Assembly: GCA_028534125.1 (NCBI GenBank)
Contig: CM052817.1
Location: 15,130,001 to 15,194,000, forward strand
Direction: 5' to 3'
Source: Lama glama
Lineage: Eukaryota
Length of the DNA stretch: 64,000 bases
The stretch's first letter is position 1. Every line of letters starts with the position of its first letter. The notes beneath the pieces were generated by a model, which saw only the letters and a program-made list of their open reading frames with translations, ran no database searches and was not told the origin of the DNA. Positions 49,975-63,235 of this stretch are shown piece after piece. A program made the translations under genes and the position numbers.

Positions 49975-50140
49975 GAAAATCAGCCCTATCAGGGATACAC
50001 CATTACTGCCCTATTTTTATAAATGAGGAAAGCAGTTTGGGCTTCAGCAATCTGCAGAAGATCACAAATCTTGTGACTAGAATAGCTGGGATTGGAATAC
50101 TAGAAGTCTAGCTTTTGAGATCATGCTCTTAACCACATAA
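49975..50140 (-). mobile_element. MIR SINE
   Basis: 'ccctatttttataaatgaggaa...gctgggattggaatac...atgctcttaaccac'. Confidence 0.75.
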
Positions 50141-50412
50141 TACTTTAATTAAAAAATCCATGTTCCAAATGAACACTCTGCTTAGAACAACAGCCTAGTT
50201 CAAGCTCCCTTTCCCTCTAAAACAGTCCAATTTTAGTTTACCGCTTTTGTTTTGTGATCTTTACTCCTCAAACGTCTTGAGGATCATCCTTAAATCCGAT
50301 GCTTGTATACTTGTACAGCCAAAGAAAGAGGATACTCATTGTTCAGCGCAGAGACCCAGTAGTTCCCTTTTTCAATTCTCAGTAAGTAGCTCGGTCCTGG
50401 GAACATGATACA

Positions 50413-51593
50413 CGATTTTTTTTTTGAAGTAGAGTTGATTTATACAATGTTGTATTAGTTTCTGGTGTAAAGCATAGTGATTCAGTTATACATATATATT
50501 CTTTTTCATTATAGGTTATTACAAGTTAGTGAATATAGTTCTTTGTGCTACACAGTAGGACCTTGTTGTTTATCTATTTTGTATATAGTAGTTTGTGTCT
50601 GCTAATCCCAAACTCCTAATTTATCCCTCTCTCCCACTTTTTCCTTTGGTAACCATAAGTTGGTTTGGTATGTCTGTGAGCCTGTGTCTATTTTGTAAAT
50701 AAGTTCATTTGTATCATTTTAAAGATTCCATATAAAAACGAGATCATATGTTAATTGTCTATGTCTGACTTCCTTCACTTAGTATGATAATCTTTAGATC
50801 CATCCATGTTGCTGCAAATGACATTGCATTCTTTTAATGGCTGAGTAGTATTCTATTGTATACATATAACACATCTTCTTTATTCAATCATTTGTTGATG
50901 GACATTTAAGTTGCTTCCATGTTTTGGCTATTATAAATAGTGCTGCTGTGAACATTGGGGTGCATGTATCTCTTCAAATTACAGTTTTCTCTGGATATAT
51001 GCCCAGAGGTGGGATTATTGGGTCGTATGGTAACTCTATTTTAATTTTTAAAGGAATCTCCACACTGTTTCCTATAGTGGCTGCACCAAATTAGATTCCC
51101 AACAACAGTGTAAAGGGTTCCCTTTTCCCCATATCATCTCCAACATTTATTGTTTGTGGACTCTTGAATGATGGCCATTCTGACTGGTGTGAGGTGATAT
51201 CTCATGTAGTTTTGATTTGCATTTCTCTGATAATTAGTAATGTTGAGCATCTTTTCATGTGCCAATTGACCTTCTGTATATATTCTTCAGAGAAATGTCT
51301 ATTTAGGTCTTCTGCCCATGTTTTGGATTGGATTGTTTTGTTGTTGTTGTTGTTGATTTGTATGAGCTGTTTTTATATTCTGAAATTGAGTCCTTGTGGG
51401 TCACATCATTTGCAAATATTTCTTCCAGCCTGTAGGTTGTCTTTTTGTTTTGCTCATGGTTTCCTTTGCTGTGCAAAAGCTTGTAAGTTTAATTAGGTCT
51501 CATTTGTTTATTTTTGCTTTTGTTTATATTGCCTTGGGAGGCTGACCTAGGAAAACATTTCTGATTTATGTCAGAGAATGTTTTGCCTATATT
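50413..51593 (-). mobile_element. 5'-truncated cetartiodactyl-type L1 (~1.2 kb)
   Basis: Antisense 3'UTR plus ORF2 end; flanked by catgataca (50404-50412 and 51594-51602). Confidence 0.92.
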
Positions 51594-51916
51594 CATGATA
51601 CATTCTTAGTAAATTTTTGCTGATTGATTCAAAGGTTCACTTACTCTCTGTAAAGAACTCAACAAGGAATATCTTCTTGAATATGTCAGAGTATGGAAAG
51701 AAGCAGGCTGCTATGGTTGAGTGGCAAAATCATGGGTCTGAGGGCAATACTTCCTTCCCGGTTATGTGACGGGATGAGCCACTTAATTTTTTGTAAGTGT
51801 TTCACAGTTATTTCCATGAGGACAACAACCATCTTGTGCTCCTTGCATCTAGCTTGGACCTTGGCATCTATTAGACACTAGAAAAATATGTTTTAAATGG
51901 ATAAATAAATGCATAT

Positions 51917-52922
51917 TTAAAAAATAAACTTTACTTTTTAGAAGAGTTTTAGATTTACAGAAAAATTGTTAAGATAGCAGAAAGAGTTCCTACATCCCCC
52001 ACATCCAGTTTCCTCTATCACTAACATCTTACATGAGCATGATACATTGGTTACAATTAGTGAACCAATATATTATTAGTTCCACACTTTATTAAAAATC
52101 CATCCTTTATTCAGATGCCCTTAGTTTTTACCTAAAGTGACTTTTTTGGGGGGGAGGTCCAGGTGCCTATCCAGGATACTACATTACATTTTGCTGCCAT
52201 GTCTCAGACTTTCTTTGTTCTGGATGCCCTTGACAGTTTTGAGTAGTGTGAGTCAGATGTTTTGTAGAAAGTCCCCCTACTGGGATTTGTCTGATGTTTT
52301 TTCTCATGATTATCCTCTGGTTGTGGATATTTTCATCACATCATATCAAGGGTACATGCTATCAAAATGACTTATCACTGTTGGTGTTGACCTTGATCAC
52401 TGCTGCTAGGGTAATGTTTGTCAGCTTCCTGCACTGTAAAGGTTTCTTTCTTTCCATACTTTGAAAGAAAAGTCACTATGCTCAATCCACACTTGAGGAA
52501 TGACAGTTACCAACCACCTTCCTGAGGGCGAAGGAGCTACGTAAATGATGTGGACTTCTTCTGCATGAGAGATTTGTCTCTTCTTCCTCATGTATTCAGT
52601 TATTTATTTATTTTTATCAGCATGGACTCATGGATATTTATTTTATTCTTTGGGCTATAGTCCAATAGTACTTTAGTTTATTGCTCAAACTTTCCCAGCT
52701 TTGATCCTTGGGAGCCCCTTTGATTGGCTCCTGTGTCCCTCTGACATAACTTGTCATTGTGGTTTGATTTTTTTTCCCCAGAATATCCTTGCTTTCTGGC
52801 ACTACAAGATGCTCTAGGTTCATTTTGCATATTTCCTAACTCAGTCTTAGAATCTACCATTTCTCCAAGAACTCTGGCTTCCTTTATTGGAAATGATATT
52901 AGAAACTGAGATTTGGGCACAA
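51917..52922 (-). mobile_element. L1MC-like 3' end
   Basis: 'ttagaagagttttagatttacagaaaaattg...tgttgaccttgatcac...gatattagaaactgagatttgggcac'. Confidence 0.88.
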
Positions 52923-54276
52923 GGTACCTTCAGTAAGTGTGTCTTTAATGAGAAGAAAGGAAGAGTGAACATTTCCTAAACAACAATCCCATGCCACCGA
53001 AAATGCCAGTGATCGAATGTACCTTGAATGTGCCATCCACTGGATGGCATGGAGGAGGTGTTTGTGTCTTCACAACGTCCTTCTAATCCTTCTGGCTCAA
53101 GGAGAAAAATTCCGTTTGATCCTACTAATCTCAAACTTGGAAATTTACTTTCCTAACAAGGTAAGTGACCCTCAGGCACTGAGCGTCACGTAAGCAAACA
53201 CATCTAGCAAGAAACTATTCATATTGGGTTTTTTTTTAGTTATATTCATTTATATTGTCATCTTCAGTTATGGAAAGTTCAACTAATTTTCTATTAGTAA
53301 TAACAGTATATCCTTTCCTCCTAAAGCATATTAAGTAAAAAATGAAAATACATTTACAGAAAAAAACAATAGTATGTCAGTGGTTGGAGCAATGTGAACA
53401 AAGTGATGAATGAATGATTGAGTGTGGACAAAAAATGGAAGGGATAATTTTGAAAATCTCTTGAAGGTCTAGAATTTGAGGGTCTATGTCAGCTAGTATC
53501 TACTAGCTCACACCCACAGCTGTGTGCAACACTTAGGAGTGGATTATTTTGAAATCTGAATCACAGATAGAAAGACAGAACACTGTTGAGAACAGGAAAA
53601 TCTGCAGTCATTTTCTTGTAGCTGTTCTTAGCCCCAGAACAGATCTAACAGCATTGGCAGAGAGTCAGGTGAGAAATGCTGGGTAGTGCCTCCAGAGAGC
53701 TATGGCATTGAGATCAGAGAACTACAAACCAAGGGGAAAGCTGATTTTAATAGCATCAATGGATATCCTCAAAATGTTCATGAAAAATGAAAATATAGAG
53801 CAAATAATTGTGACAAGCATATTGTCTAATTAAGATGAATGGGACAATGTTCTTATGCATTTTTAATCTGTTAAATAAACAGCATATTAATATGGCTTAA
53901 TTATATCACCACATACTTAAAGTGACTTTCTAAAATAAAGTTTATTTTGATTTAACATATGCTTTTTGGTGTGTTTTTGTAGCACTTTTACAAGCATGTT
54001 ACACAAATAACATCTTGAAATAAATCTCCTGGATGTGATCACCATCTTGATCAGAATTTCTTCTTTTTAATTTCTTGGGCAACTCAGGACTTAAAAAGTT
54101 GTTTTCAAGGTATGTGTCCTTTCAGTCCTTATGCTTGAGAAGTGCAGAAATGACCCTCTTATCTTTGATTGTGTTTCTTCATGATTCTTATCTTTCATTT
54201 CCATTCCACACATAGGTGGACAGTATAGCCTGCTGATTCTGAGAAATAGCTCCTTCATCTGTCCTCCACCATTTTC

Positions 54277-54700
54277 ATGTATGGACGTCAGATCCTTTGA
54301 CCCTTTTCCCTTCAAAAAGTAGGGTTAATTTCCCTTCCCTTTGAACCTGGGCTGGATTATAACTTCTTTGACCAATAGAATGCAATGGATATATGACCTT
54401 TAGAGGACTGACAAGTTCTTCCTGTCTCCTGGAGCCCTGAGACGCCAATAAGAAGTCTGACAGCTCACTCTGCTGCAGAAACCATGTGGAGAAGCTCTGA
54501 GAAAGGGAGAGGAGCCCAGCTGAGCCTAACCTCATAGACATTTCTGCCAAAGATCATGGCAAGTGAATAAAGCTACCTTCTATACTCCAAACTAGCCTTG
54601 TCCAACTACCTGAGATTTATGAGCATAACAAATGGCCTTTGTTATTTTAAGCCACTATGATGGGGGGATATATTATGCAATAGAGAGCTAAGATAATACA
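54277..54700 (+). mobile_element. MaLR LTR (MLT1H/G-like)
   Basis: 'cccttccctttgaacctgggctgg...ttgaccaatagaatg...ttttaagccacta...ataataca'. Confidence 0.8.
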
Positions 54701-55112
54701 GTATTATTTTCCGCCAAATTGTTTGTCTCTCCCTCTGGGAGAATCATCACTTCCTAACCCCTAGAGGTCAAGCTTTGCCACCTGATTTGTGGTATTCCTA
54801 CCTTTTGAGGGGGATTATGCTTCCTCAACTCATTGACATCAGACTTAACCACGCATTTTGCTTTGGCCACTAGAATATATCCAGAAATGACATACCACTA
54901 TGGAGTAGACATTTTAAGAGCCATTATGTGGTTCTTTCCTCTCCTTTACCTGCCTACCAAGAGTAGAGGAATGCCCCAAACAAGGAACATTCGTTTGGTC
55001 TGGCTGCTAGAATGAAGAGGATGTGAAATAGAACTGCAGCTGACCCACATCCAACAAGAAATATGAATGAGAAATAGCCCTTTGTTGTTGGGAGTCACTG
55101 AGAATTTAGGGT
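54701..55112 (+). mobile_element. MaLR LTR (MLT1I/J-like), tandem to the previous LTR
   Basis: 'cattgacatcagacttaaccac...ttgctttggcca...atgaatgagaaata...ctttgttgtt...cactgaga'. Confidence 0.7.
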
Positions 55113-55199
55113 TTTAGATGGAGACCCTAGAGTATCATCCTAAAAAAAAAACTCTATGACATTGCTCATCTAGTTAAGAAACACCATAGACCATGTGGT

Positions 55200-55885
55200 C
55201 TCTTACATTTTTGTTCCATCTTACTTCCTCAGTCTCACCATGCACAGACCTCACAATTCAGCAGGGCTTGCCTTAATTTTTTTTTTTTTTTGCTTTTGGG
55301 GGTGGGGTTCATGCTGTTCAGCATATATTTCCCCATTTATTGACCCAGAAGCTCCACTTTAAGTGACATTTACTTGGTGAAGCCTTTCTTGGTTTTCCTA
55401 GACAAAATTAGCTCTTACCATTTTAGCGTTTCACAGTGATGAAGCAATGAGAATGATGGCAATGATAATGACAGTGAAGAGGATGGTGATGGCACAACCC
55501 TCTCTATACACCAGGAACTGTTTTAAGTATTTAAAAATTTTCAATAACCCCAGGAAGCAGTCTCAGTATTTACATCTTATTAGTGGGGAAATTGAGGCAG
55601 AGAAGTTAAATAAATCACTCAACAAATCACAGCCATTAAATGCAGGAGCCAGAATCTGGATCCTGGAGGCTCAGCTTCTGAGTCAGTGCTCTTTGTTGAC
55701 ATCCTGCACTGCATTTACCATTCAAATATCTAATATAGCATTTTATATTATAATAAAGTTATCTGTTGTTATGTTTGCTTGAGTAGACTGTGAGTTTTTG
55801 TGGGCTAGGGACCATGTTAGTCATTTTTATACAGTTTCATATAATACAAAGTCAGGCACACAGAAATTCAGTAAATAATTTCCAA
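55200..55885. mobile_element. L2 (+) interrupted by MIR (-, ~55440-55712)
   Basis: 'ggtgaagcctttctt...' then 'gaaattgaggcagagaagttaaataa' then 'tagactgtgagttt...gggaccatg...caggcacacagaa'. Confidence 0.7.
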
Positions 55886-56404
55886 TAGTAGGGTTTGAAT
55901 TTAGATCCTAGAACTTTAAGTCCAGTTCTTTTTTTTTTCCCTCCATCACATTAGTCACCTTCATTTTATGTTGCTTTTCATCCTACTATTATAAATGAAT
56001 TCTGGAAATGCATCTGTTCTATTAGTTGAAATAGTAGCTAAGACATTTATTGAAGAAGACTACTAATTCATTTCAATTATTTCCTTTAATGTTACAATAA
56101 TTATGATTCAAAAAGGAATGCTAATTTTATGGGAACTTGTTGTGCATGTTAAGATGTAGTCTAACCTCGTAGCATCTCCTTCAAGGTCTCACATTTCTTT
56201 TCTGGATAGTCCTCTACTCCTCTGTCCTAACTTATTTTCTCCATTATGAGTTATCTGTGACATTTTGGTTCATAGTTCTTAAGTATCTTGTTTGTAAATC
56301 TCATCTTTGCACTGACAATCCCCCTTTTCACTTAGGGTGTATTGATTCTTCTCCTTCTGTATCATTAAATTGATCCAGAAATACAAAGTCTTCTAATACC
56401 AATC

Positions 56405-56461
56405 ATCCTCCTCCTCCTTCTCCCCTTCTTTCTATTCCTCTTCCTCCTCCTCCTCCTCCTC
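56405..56461. repeat. (TCC)n-rich tract
   Basis: Direct read. Confidence 0.85.
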
Positions 56462-56617
56462 GTTATACAGTTATGAGCTAGAACTGGTTACCTACCCTTA
56501 ATATCCAGAAAAGTAACATTCAGACTGTGACCCCAAATAAATTTAATGCCTATCCTAAGGTCTTCATGTTCTAAAGTTGTTCATGTTTTACTCCGGTTCT
56601 CATATCCTGCTTTTTCT

Positions 56618-57202
56618 TTTTTCCTTTTTTAAAAAATTTTTTAATTTTTATTGAAGTGTAGTGGGTTTGTTTGTTTCAGGTATACAACAAAGGGATTCAG
56701 TTATACATATATATACATACATGTACATTTTTTTCAGTCTTTTCCATTACAGCTCATTACAAGAAATTAAATATTGTTCCCTGTGCTATCCAGTAGGTCC
56801 TTGTTGTTTATCTATTTTATACATAATAATGTGAATTTATTAATCCCAAACTTCTAATCTATCCTAACCACCTCCCCGCCCTGGAAACCACAGTTTTCTA
56901 TGTCCATGAATTGTAAATAAAATCTGTACCTTTTCTTTTTCTTTTTTAAGATTCCACATATAAGTGACATCATATGATATTTGTCTTGCTCTGACTTCCT
57001 TCACTTAGTATGATAATCTCTAGGTCCATCCTTGTTTCTGCAAATGGCATTATTTCATTTTCTATGGCTGAGTAATACGTATATACATATACACACCATT
57101 GGAAAAGGCACATGCACCCCAATGTTCACAGCAGCATTATTTAGAATAGCCAAGATGTGGAAACAACCCAAATATCCATTGACAGATGAATGAATAAAGA
57201 AG
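56618..57202 (-). mobile_element. L1 3' fragment with 5' inversion (twin priming)
   Basis: Antisense tail 56618-~57080, opposite-orientation ORF2-end piece ~57098-57202; TSD atcctgctttttct at 56604-56617 and 57203-57216. Confidence 0.9.
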
Positions 57203-60200
57203 ATCCTGCTTTTTCTGAATTATTTCAGTTTACAGAGTATATGATTTCTGGACTTTATCACCCTTCTACTATAATGCATGGGCTGAGAAATAGAACTTAG
57301 CCATTTTCAGCAATTTCTGCTATAAAAACCTACTCACACAAGGATTTTGTGTGTGAAGCAGACTTTCTAGCATATAGGTTCCCGAGATTTACATTCAAAT
57401 CAAAGTGAAAAGAATAACTTCAACTGAGGCTTCTGATGTCCATCATACACACTTTAGCCATGTTCCTTTTTTTCATCTTTTCCATTCTCTGCTTGACTAT
57501 CCACCAACACAACATTTTGGCTCAGTTGTGGCCTGGGTACCAGAATTCTGTTCAATTCTAGCCACCTCTTTTGTTACTTTGGTTTCTCTCAGCATATGTC
57601 TCACCCTCTTCCCATAAGCAAACTCTCAAGGTATTTTTTCTAAAAAGCTTCACTCTACCCTAAGAGACATTCTTGTGCTGGTTATTAAGATAATTTCTTT
57701 AGGTTTTCTACAGTAATTTTTTTTTCTTACACATTTAGATCATTATTTTGTAGATCTTTTAAAGTGCTTTGATATTACTTATATGAGTCTCATAATAGCC
57801 CCATGAGACAAGGGAAGATAGGCTCAAATGCCCTCAACTTGTTAATAACATAAATAAGTATGTGCTCCCATGTTTAAAATACAAAGTCTGAATTTGATAA
57901 GGCTTAAAGTCCACTCCATATATTTTGATTAAAGTGGAACCTTAAAAAGAGCATTGAAAGGGCTCTTTTTGAAAGAGCATTCAGGGATCATCTGATTTGA
58001 GAAGATAAGATATCATGACCTCTACTTTAATGATGAGATTCCTGGTGTCTAGAGAGTTTCAGTGGTTTGCTGAAAGGGAGAATAAATGGTGAAGTGGGGC
58101 CACAGAACTTATTGTCTTCTACTTTCGGGGCAATACTCTTCCTTATTTCTTCAGCAAATGTCTCGGTTCAGTGCAAAGTGTGGGATGAGACAGAAGGAAA
58201 GCAGCTGAACATGCACCTGGTACCCAGATGTGGATCTTTGGGGTGAGGTTGAATTGGAGAATGTTTAGAAATGACTCCAAGAAAGTCATTGTTGTTCATT
58301 TAAATGTCGATGCAGCTTAGGAAGTGTCTATAAAAATGAGGATTTGTGGACATGCATTATTAATGTTTTTATTTGTCTTTCTGCCTTTTTTGCTTCATTG
58401 CCAGCATCTTTAGCTGGTTAAAGTTACAACAGAAAGATAGAATAATATGCTCTCTTATTAAGATACCAGTTCTTATAAAGACAGGCAGCTAAATGTTTCA
58501 CCAAGAGATACGATCACCTCCATCAACATATATTTATCCATTGATGATTTTTTTTATTTCTGCAAAGGACTAGGTCAACAAGTTTAGTTTATCAAAGGGA
58601 ATTCCATTTCCTCATTGACTTTAAACAACGAAGACCTTGAAACATTCAGTCAATACACATCTCAGAAAAGAACAAAGGAAGCATCTGAAAAGAGGATTAG
58701 TAAATTACCTGCCTTCAAAATTCAAATAAAACTGCACAAAAGCAGTCCTTTGTATTTGCTGGTAATTCAAAAAAGAAAGCCAAATGAAGCCCATAGATCC
58801 AGGTTATGTAGAAATGTTCAGCAAGCTGAAGGTTGCACGGAATGGATGTTCAAATAAGAATCATTTTAATGAATACAATTACGAGATGGCTGATAATGCA
58901 AAATGAATAATTTAGAAAATATAGTGGCTTATGTATGATCTATGCATAATTACAGTAACACACAGTTTGGGATTATAAAACATAACTGAACTGAAATTGG
59001 TGGTTGGAGAGCATGGAAGGGAAAAAAAACTCACAAAATTCTTTGAACATTTACCATATTATAAATGTTATTTTTTTCAAAAAAAATCCTTAACCAACAA
59101 GAGAACACTGTGGTTGAGGTCATTATGACTCAGTGGCTAATTAGAGAACAATTTTCACTGTTCACATTCTCCTATTCTCGCTTCATTTTTCACTTTATTG
59201 GAACATGATTTAACAGTGGGAAAACCTAGAGATGAAAAGGAGGGACAGTAAGGAGAAGAGAGCCAGTTATTTTCTCTCTCCCTTTTCTTGCCCCTCTAGA
59301 GTGATGGAGACCATTAGAATGATGATCTGCAGGGGATGCACCTTAAATTAATTTAAGTAAAGCAAAAATAAATACCTGAAGCCCAGAGCCAAACATCAAT
59401 TTATAAGTCAAACATCTCTATACAAATTGTGCTAGGTTTCTGTTGATGTAAGGTATTACTGAGAAAAAAACAAAAACAAAAAGTTTGTGAGAAGTGTATG
59501 GAAATGTATCTGAAGCACAAATTTTGTCTTGGCACGGAAACCAAATAATGGGTAACTGTGGCCAGTTAACCTTTCTCTGGCTCAGTCACTGTATTTTTTA
59601 AAAGGCAATAATAAAATCTTTCTTTACCACCTCTCTTAGGATAAGCAGGTTTCTTGGATACCTGATGATACATAAATCACATTTCTTTTTTTTATTATCA
59701 TTATCTCTAGGAATAGAAAGAGTAATGAATTGCAGGGGTTGTCATGATCTTATTAAATATGGTAAGCTATTATTAGGTTATAAACAATAGAATTGGGACT
59801 GTTTATAATATGGCTTTGAAAGATTAGACCTGAAGAATGAAAAAAAGGCATAGAGCTGCAAATTTAGCAAAGGCCGTCAGCAGAAGGTTAGAAGGGAAAG
59901 CCAATCCCACATCAGTGCTGGGTGGAGGATATTGATGAGTCATAAGGCAGGTAAGCCAGCCTGATATAGGCTGGGTCAGCACCGTTAGGGGCTTGAAGGT
60001 AGGAGGATAAAATGGGTAGTGAGATGAGCAAACTGAGTTCGCAATGAAAGCATACTTTGGGGATGGCAAATGGACCAGCTAAAGACAAAAGAGCCGTCCA
60101 AGCACAAAGAACAGGTAAAGGGGTATACAGGAAGCCAAAGCCATGTCCCAACCCTGGATAACAGCCACTCATTTTCCTCCAGTCTTCACAAGGTAATAAT

Positions 60201-60439
60201 ATTGCTTACGTAGTGGGCACTCAGATTTTTGCTGGGTTCGACAACAGAGAATGATATTACGTTTTTAAAAGAGAAAGGACGCATTAATGGTTGCCATGAG
60301 TTGGACTTACCCACTTTATAAAATTACTTGCGCCTCAGACAAAATGATCCCACTCAACACTTCTTTCTCTGAATTACTCTCAAAGGCTTAGCACAGAGCA
60401 AGAAACAGATTTTATCTCCAAGAATCACTTTCACAAACT

Positions 60440-60940
60440 GAAATGTCTCTTGAATTTGGACATTTCCAGCCAGAGCTTTGGCTCTCATCAGCTTGTAACT
60501 GTCTTCTATTGCCATGGCCTCCGAAGAGCCGCCGCTGCTACATCAGTTGTCCAGGGTTATCTTACGAGAAAGTGTAACTAACTGATCATGTCATTTTCTT
60601 GTTGAGAAACCTTCACTGTTCCTTTTCTCCTAAGTTGCTCTTTGTTTGGCCTTAATCCTTCTCCAGGCCCTCTTTCTCCCTTCCAGCATGCAAACCTGAC
60701 CCTCCAGTCCCAATGAATGTTTTCCCAACGCCCCCAAATGTAAGACTGTGTCTTTGAACATGTATGCGTTTTATCTCCCTTTCTCACATCAACCCTTAAT
60801 CATATTTTGAACTTCACGTCTTCAAAGAAGCCCTTTCTGTGTATGACAGCCTTCCCCCCTTGGTGCATCCCGGTGATTCTGGGACTTCCATAGGCTTCTG
60901 GTGCCCTTTCTTTTGGAGTCCCTCTCCCACATTACAGTAA
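60440..60940 (+). mobile_element. L2 fragment
   Basis: 'ccagggttatctt...ctgatcatgtcattttcttgttgagaaaccttca...tcttcaaagaagccctt'. Confidence 0.6.
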
Positions 60941-61049
60941 ACACATAAAAATGCACCCAAATCCTACATTCAAAATAATATATTTTGCCAGTGAAAATTT
61001 TTCTGAGGGTACTTTTTTAAGTTTAACAATGAAAGTTACATTATGATGA

Positions 61050-61187
61050 ATTTTTTAAAATTGAGGTATAGTTGATTTACAATGTTGTGTTAGTTTCTGG
61101 TGGACAGTATAGTGATTCAGTTGCACATACAATGTATATGTCCTTTTTCATCTTCTTTTCCCTTATAAGTTATTACAAGTTATTGAA
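61050..61187 (-). mobile_element. Short L1 3' tail
   Basis: 'aattgaggtatagttgatttacaatgttgtgttagtttctggtggacagtatagtgattcagtt'. Confidence 0.85.
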
Positions 61188-63124
61188 ATGGGCTTCAAAA
61201 TTATTCGCCTACACGTATCTCATTTAATTAAATGAGCTATAATTTCTTGGCGGTCCTTGTGCATGCTCAGAAATTTTCGTAAACCAAAGAAATCTAACTA
61301 AAGATAGATGTCAAGTGCAATGAAAAGTTTATGAACGCTGAGTATCAGCATGAATGAGGTTGACATCATATGACGTTTATACACATCTATTGAAACCACC
61401 ATGAATTCTGACCTGGCAGTTTTGATTACATTTTTAGACCAGTGTTTGGTTCAAGACTCAATATTTTCCTGGTCTTTGAAAAGTTCCTGGGTCTGGGTCA
61501 CTGTGTGTGTATTTGCCTAATGAGTAGAGCTTCCTAGGTCATGTTGCTTGTTACTGGGTGACATTCCCTGTCTATTCTGTTAGTTGTGCTCCTCAGTGCG
61601 TGGTACTGTCACCAGCATCAGTAACTGACACATAGTAGTTGTTGAATATATTTACACATATGCTAATAGATACAGATGACAGAGGTAGACACATGCACAG
61701 ACATGTGACATATGATATATGACAAATGACATAGACGTGACACATGGCTGAAGCCAATTGGTCTAGTCTTTTGCTGTCTATCAGGACTCAAGGGGTCTTG
61801 ATGTTCAGTCCCAGCTTTAGAATCTATGAATGCTGTTTTTTCTTCTCCCTCAAGAATTCTTCATTTGCTTCTCGTGTTATATGTATCATTTGCACTAGGT
61901 CAGCTGAGATTGCTTTTGATCAGTCAGTTGGTGCTTTAAAATGGGGCGGTGAACTCTATATATTTGAGTGGATTATGTTCTTCTTACATGTTATTCCTTC
62001 AAGAATTGCATGAGAAGGCGTGCTTTGGTATGTCCTACTTGATAATGATGTGTTTTTTCACGTCTCTCTTCATATACTGCAAACATTTCCAGGAAATTCT
62101 TCTTTAGGCACCACATGAGACTGATAGCCAGCACATGCATTCTGAGATTCACTTACCTTATTGCAATGTGATTCTCTTACCATCCTGTAATCTTTTAGAG
62201 CCTAGTGAAGTGTCAAAGCTTTTACCACTAGCTGATTAGCTTGCATTGCTACCTTATATGGAGTTACATGAATATTTGTCAAATGTTTCCTGCTAATTAT
62301 TGGTGAAGTCTAAATGACAGTTCATACTTTGACATCATGCTTGACAGTGAAAAGTAATTGCAAATCATCTGACATAGAGACTAACTGAGGTACTATTTGA
62401 TTTTTTTTCCTATAATTTAAATATGATGTCTATGCTTTTTATATGCTCAACTTGTATCTTTGTCTACTAACATGCAATGGATATTGCTTTACAAGCTTGA
62501 CTTTCTCTTAATTGAGCCAGGATAAACATTATTTGAGATTGTATACTAACCCCATTTTTACCTGAATGAATTGGGTAAAAATTTGAAGGAAGTAGAGAAT
62601 CCAGTATAGATCTCAGTATATTTTTAGAACAGATTGTGGGCAACTGGGTTATAATTCCCATTAACAATACTGGGGTTTAAACATCTATAAATGGTGATAA
62701 AATGATGTTCAGGCTTGCCCAGAGTATATTATTTAAGACTTAGCAAGCAGGGCTGTTCATTTCCCAGCAAGTTAGCCAATTATGGATGGGCTTTGACATG
62801 CTATTGACTGCTGCATTGCACTTATCAGAACACTCATATCCATTAAGTACAAAAAACAAGGATGACATAACATTATGGTTCTGACACAAATGAACAAAAG
62901 AAATTTGAGATCAAAGTCAATGATCTGTCCTTTTACGATTTGCTGGCATAGGCAGAGGAAGTGAATAAGGTAGCTTAAATTGAAGGCAGAATTTCTATTT
63001 TGAGTTAGTATTTCTGCCGTGAATTACAGTTCCTTTCAAGGGGAAAATTAGAGGCATAAATGCCATAGTTTCATTTTAAAGAGGCTCTAGACAGTTCCCC
63101 ATAGGAAGTAATGGGTATAGATAG

Positions 63125-63235
63125 GGGTGTAGACTAGAAGATCCATGAGGTCAGGGGTTGAGTCTGGCTTAGATACTACTATGTTCCCAGCACCTAGTCA
63201 GAGTAGACACTCTGTAAGTATTAGTGGGTTTACAA
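63125..63235 (+). mobile_element. L2 3' end
   Basis: 'gactagaagatccatgaggtcaggg...atgttcccagcacctag'. Confidence 0.65.

Noticed and set aside
57944..57970. Hairpin AAAAAGAGC...GCTCTTTTT resembling an intrinsic terminator
   Set aside because: Eukaryotic DNA; a short A/T-rich inverted repeat is expected by chance or template switching.
60511..60585. Strong Kozak ATG (GCCATGG) opening a 23-aa ORF with CpGs
   Set aside because: It overlaps L2-like sequence, and there is no promoter or splice support.
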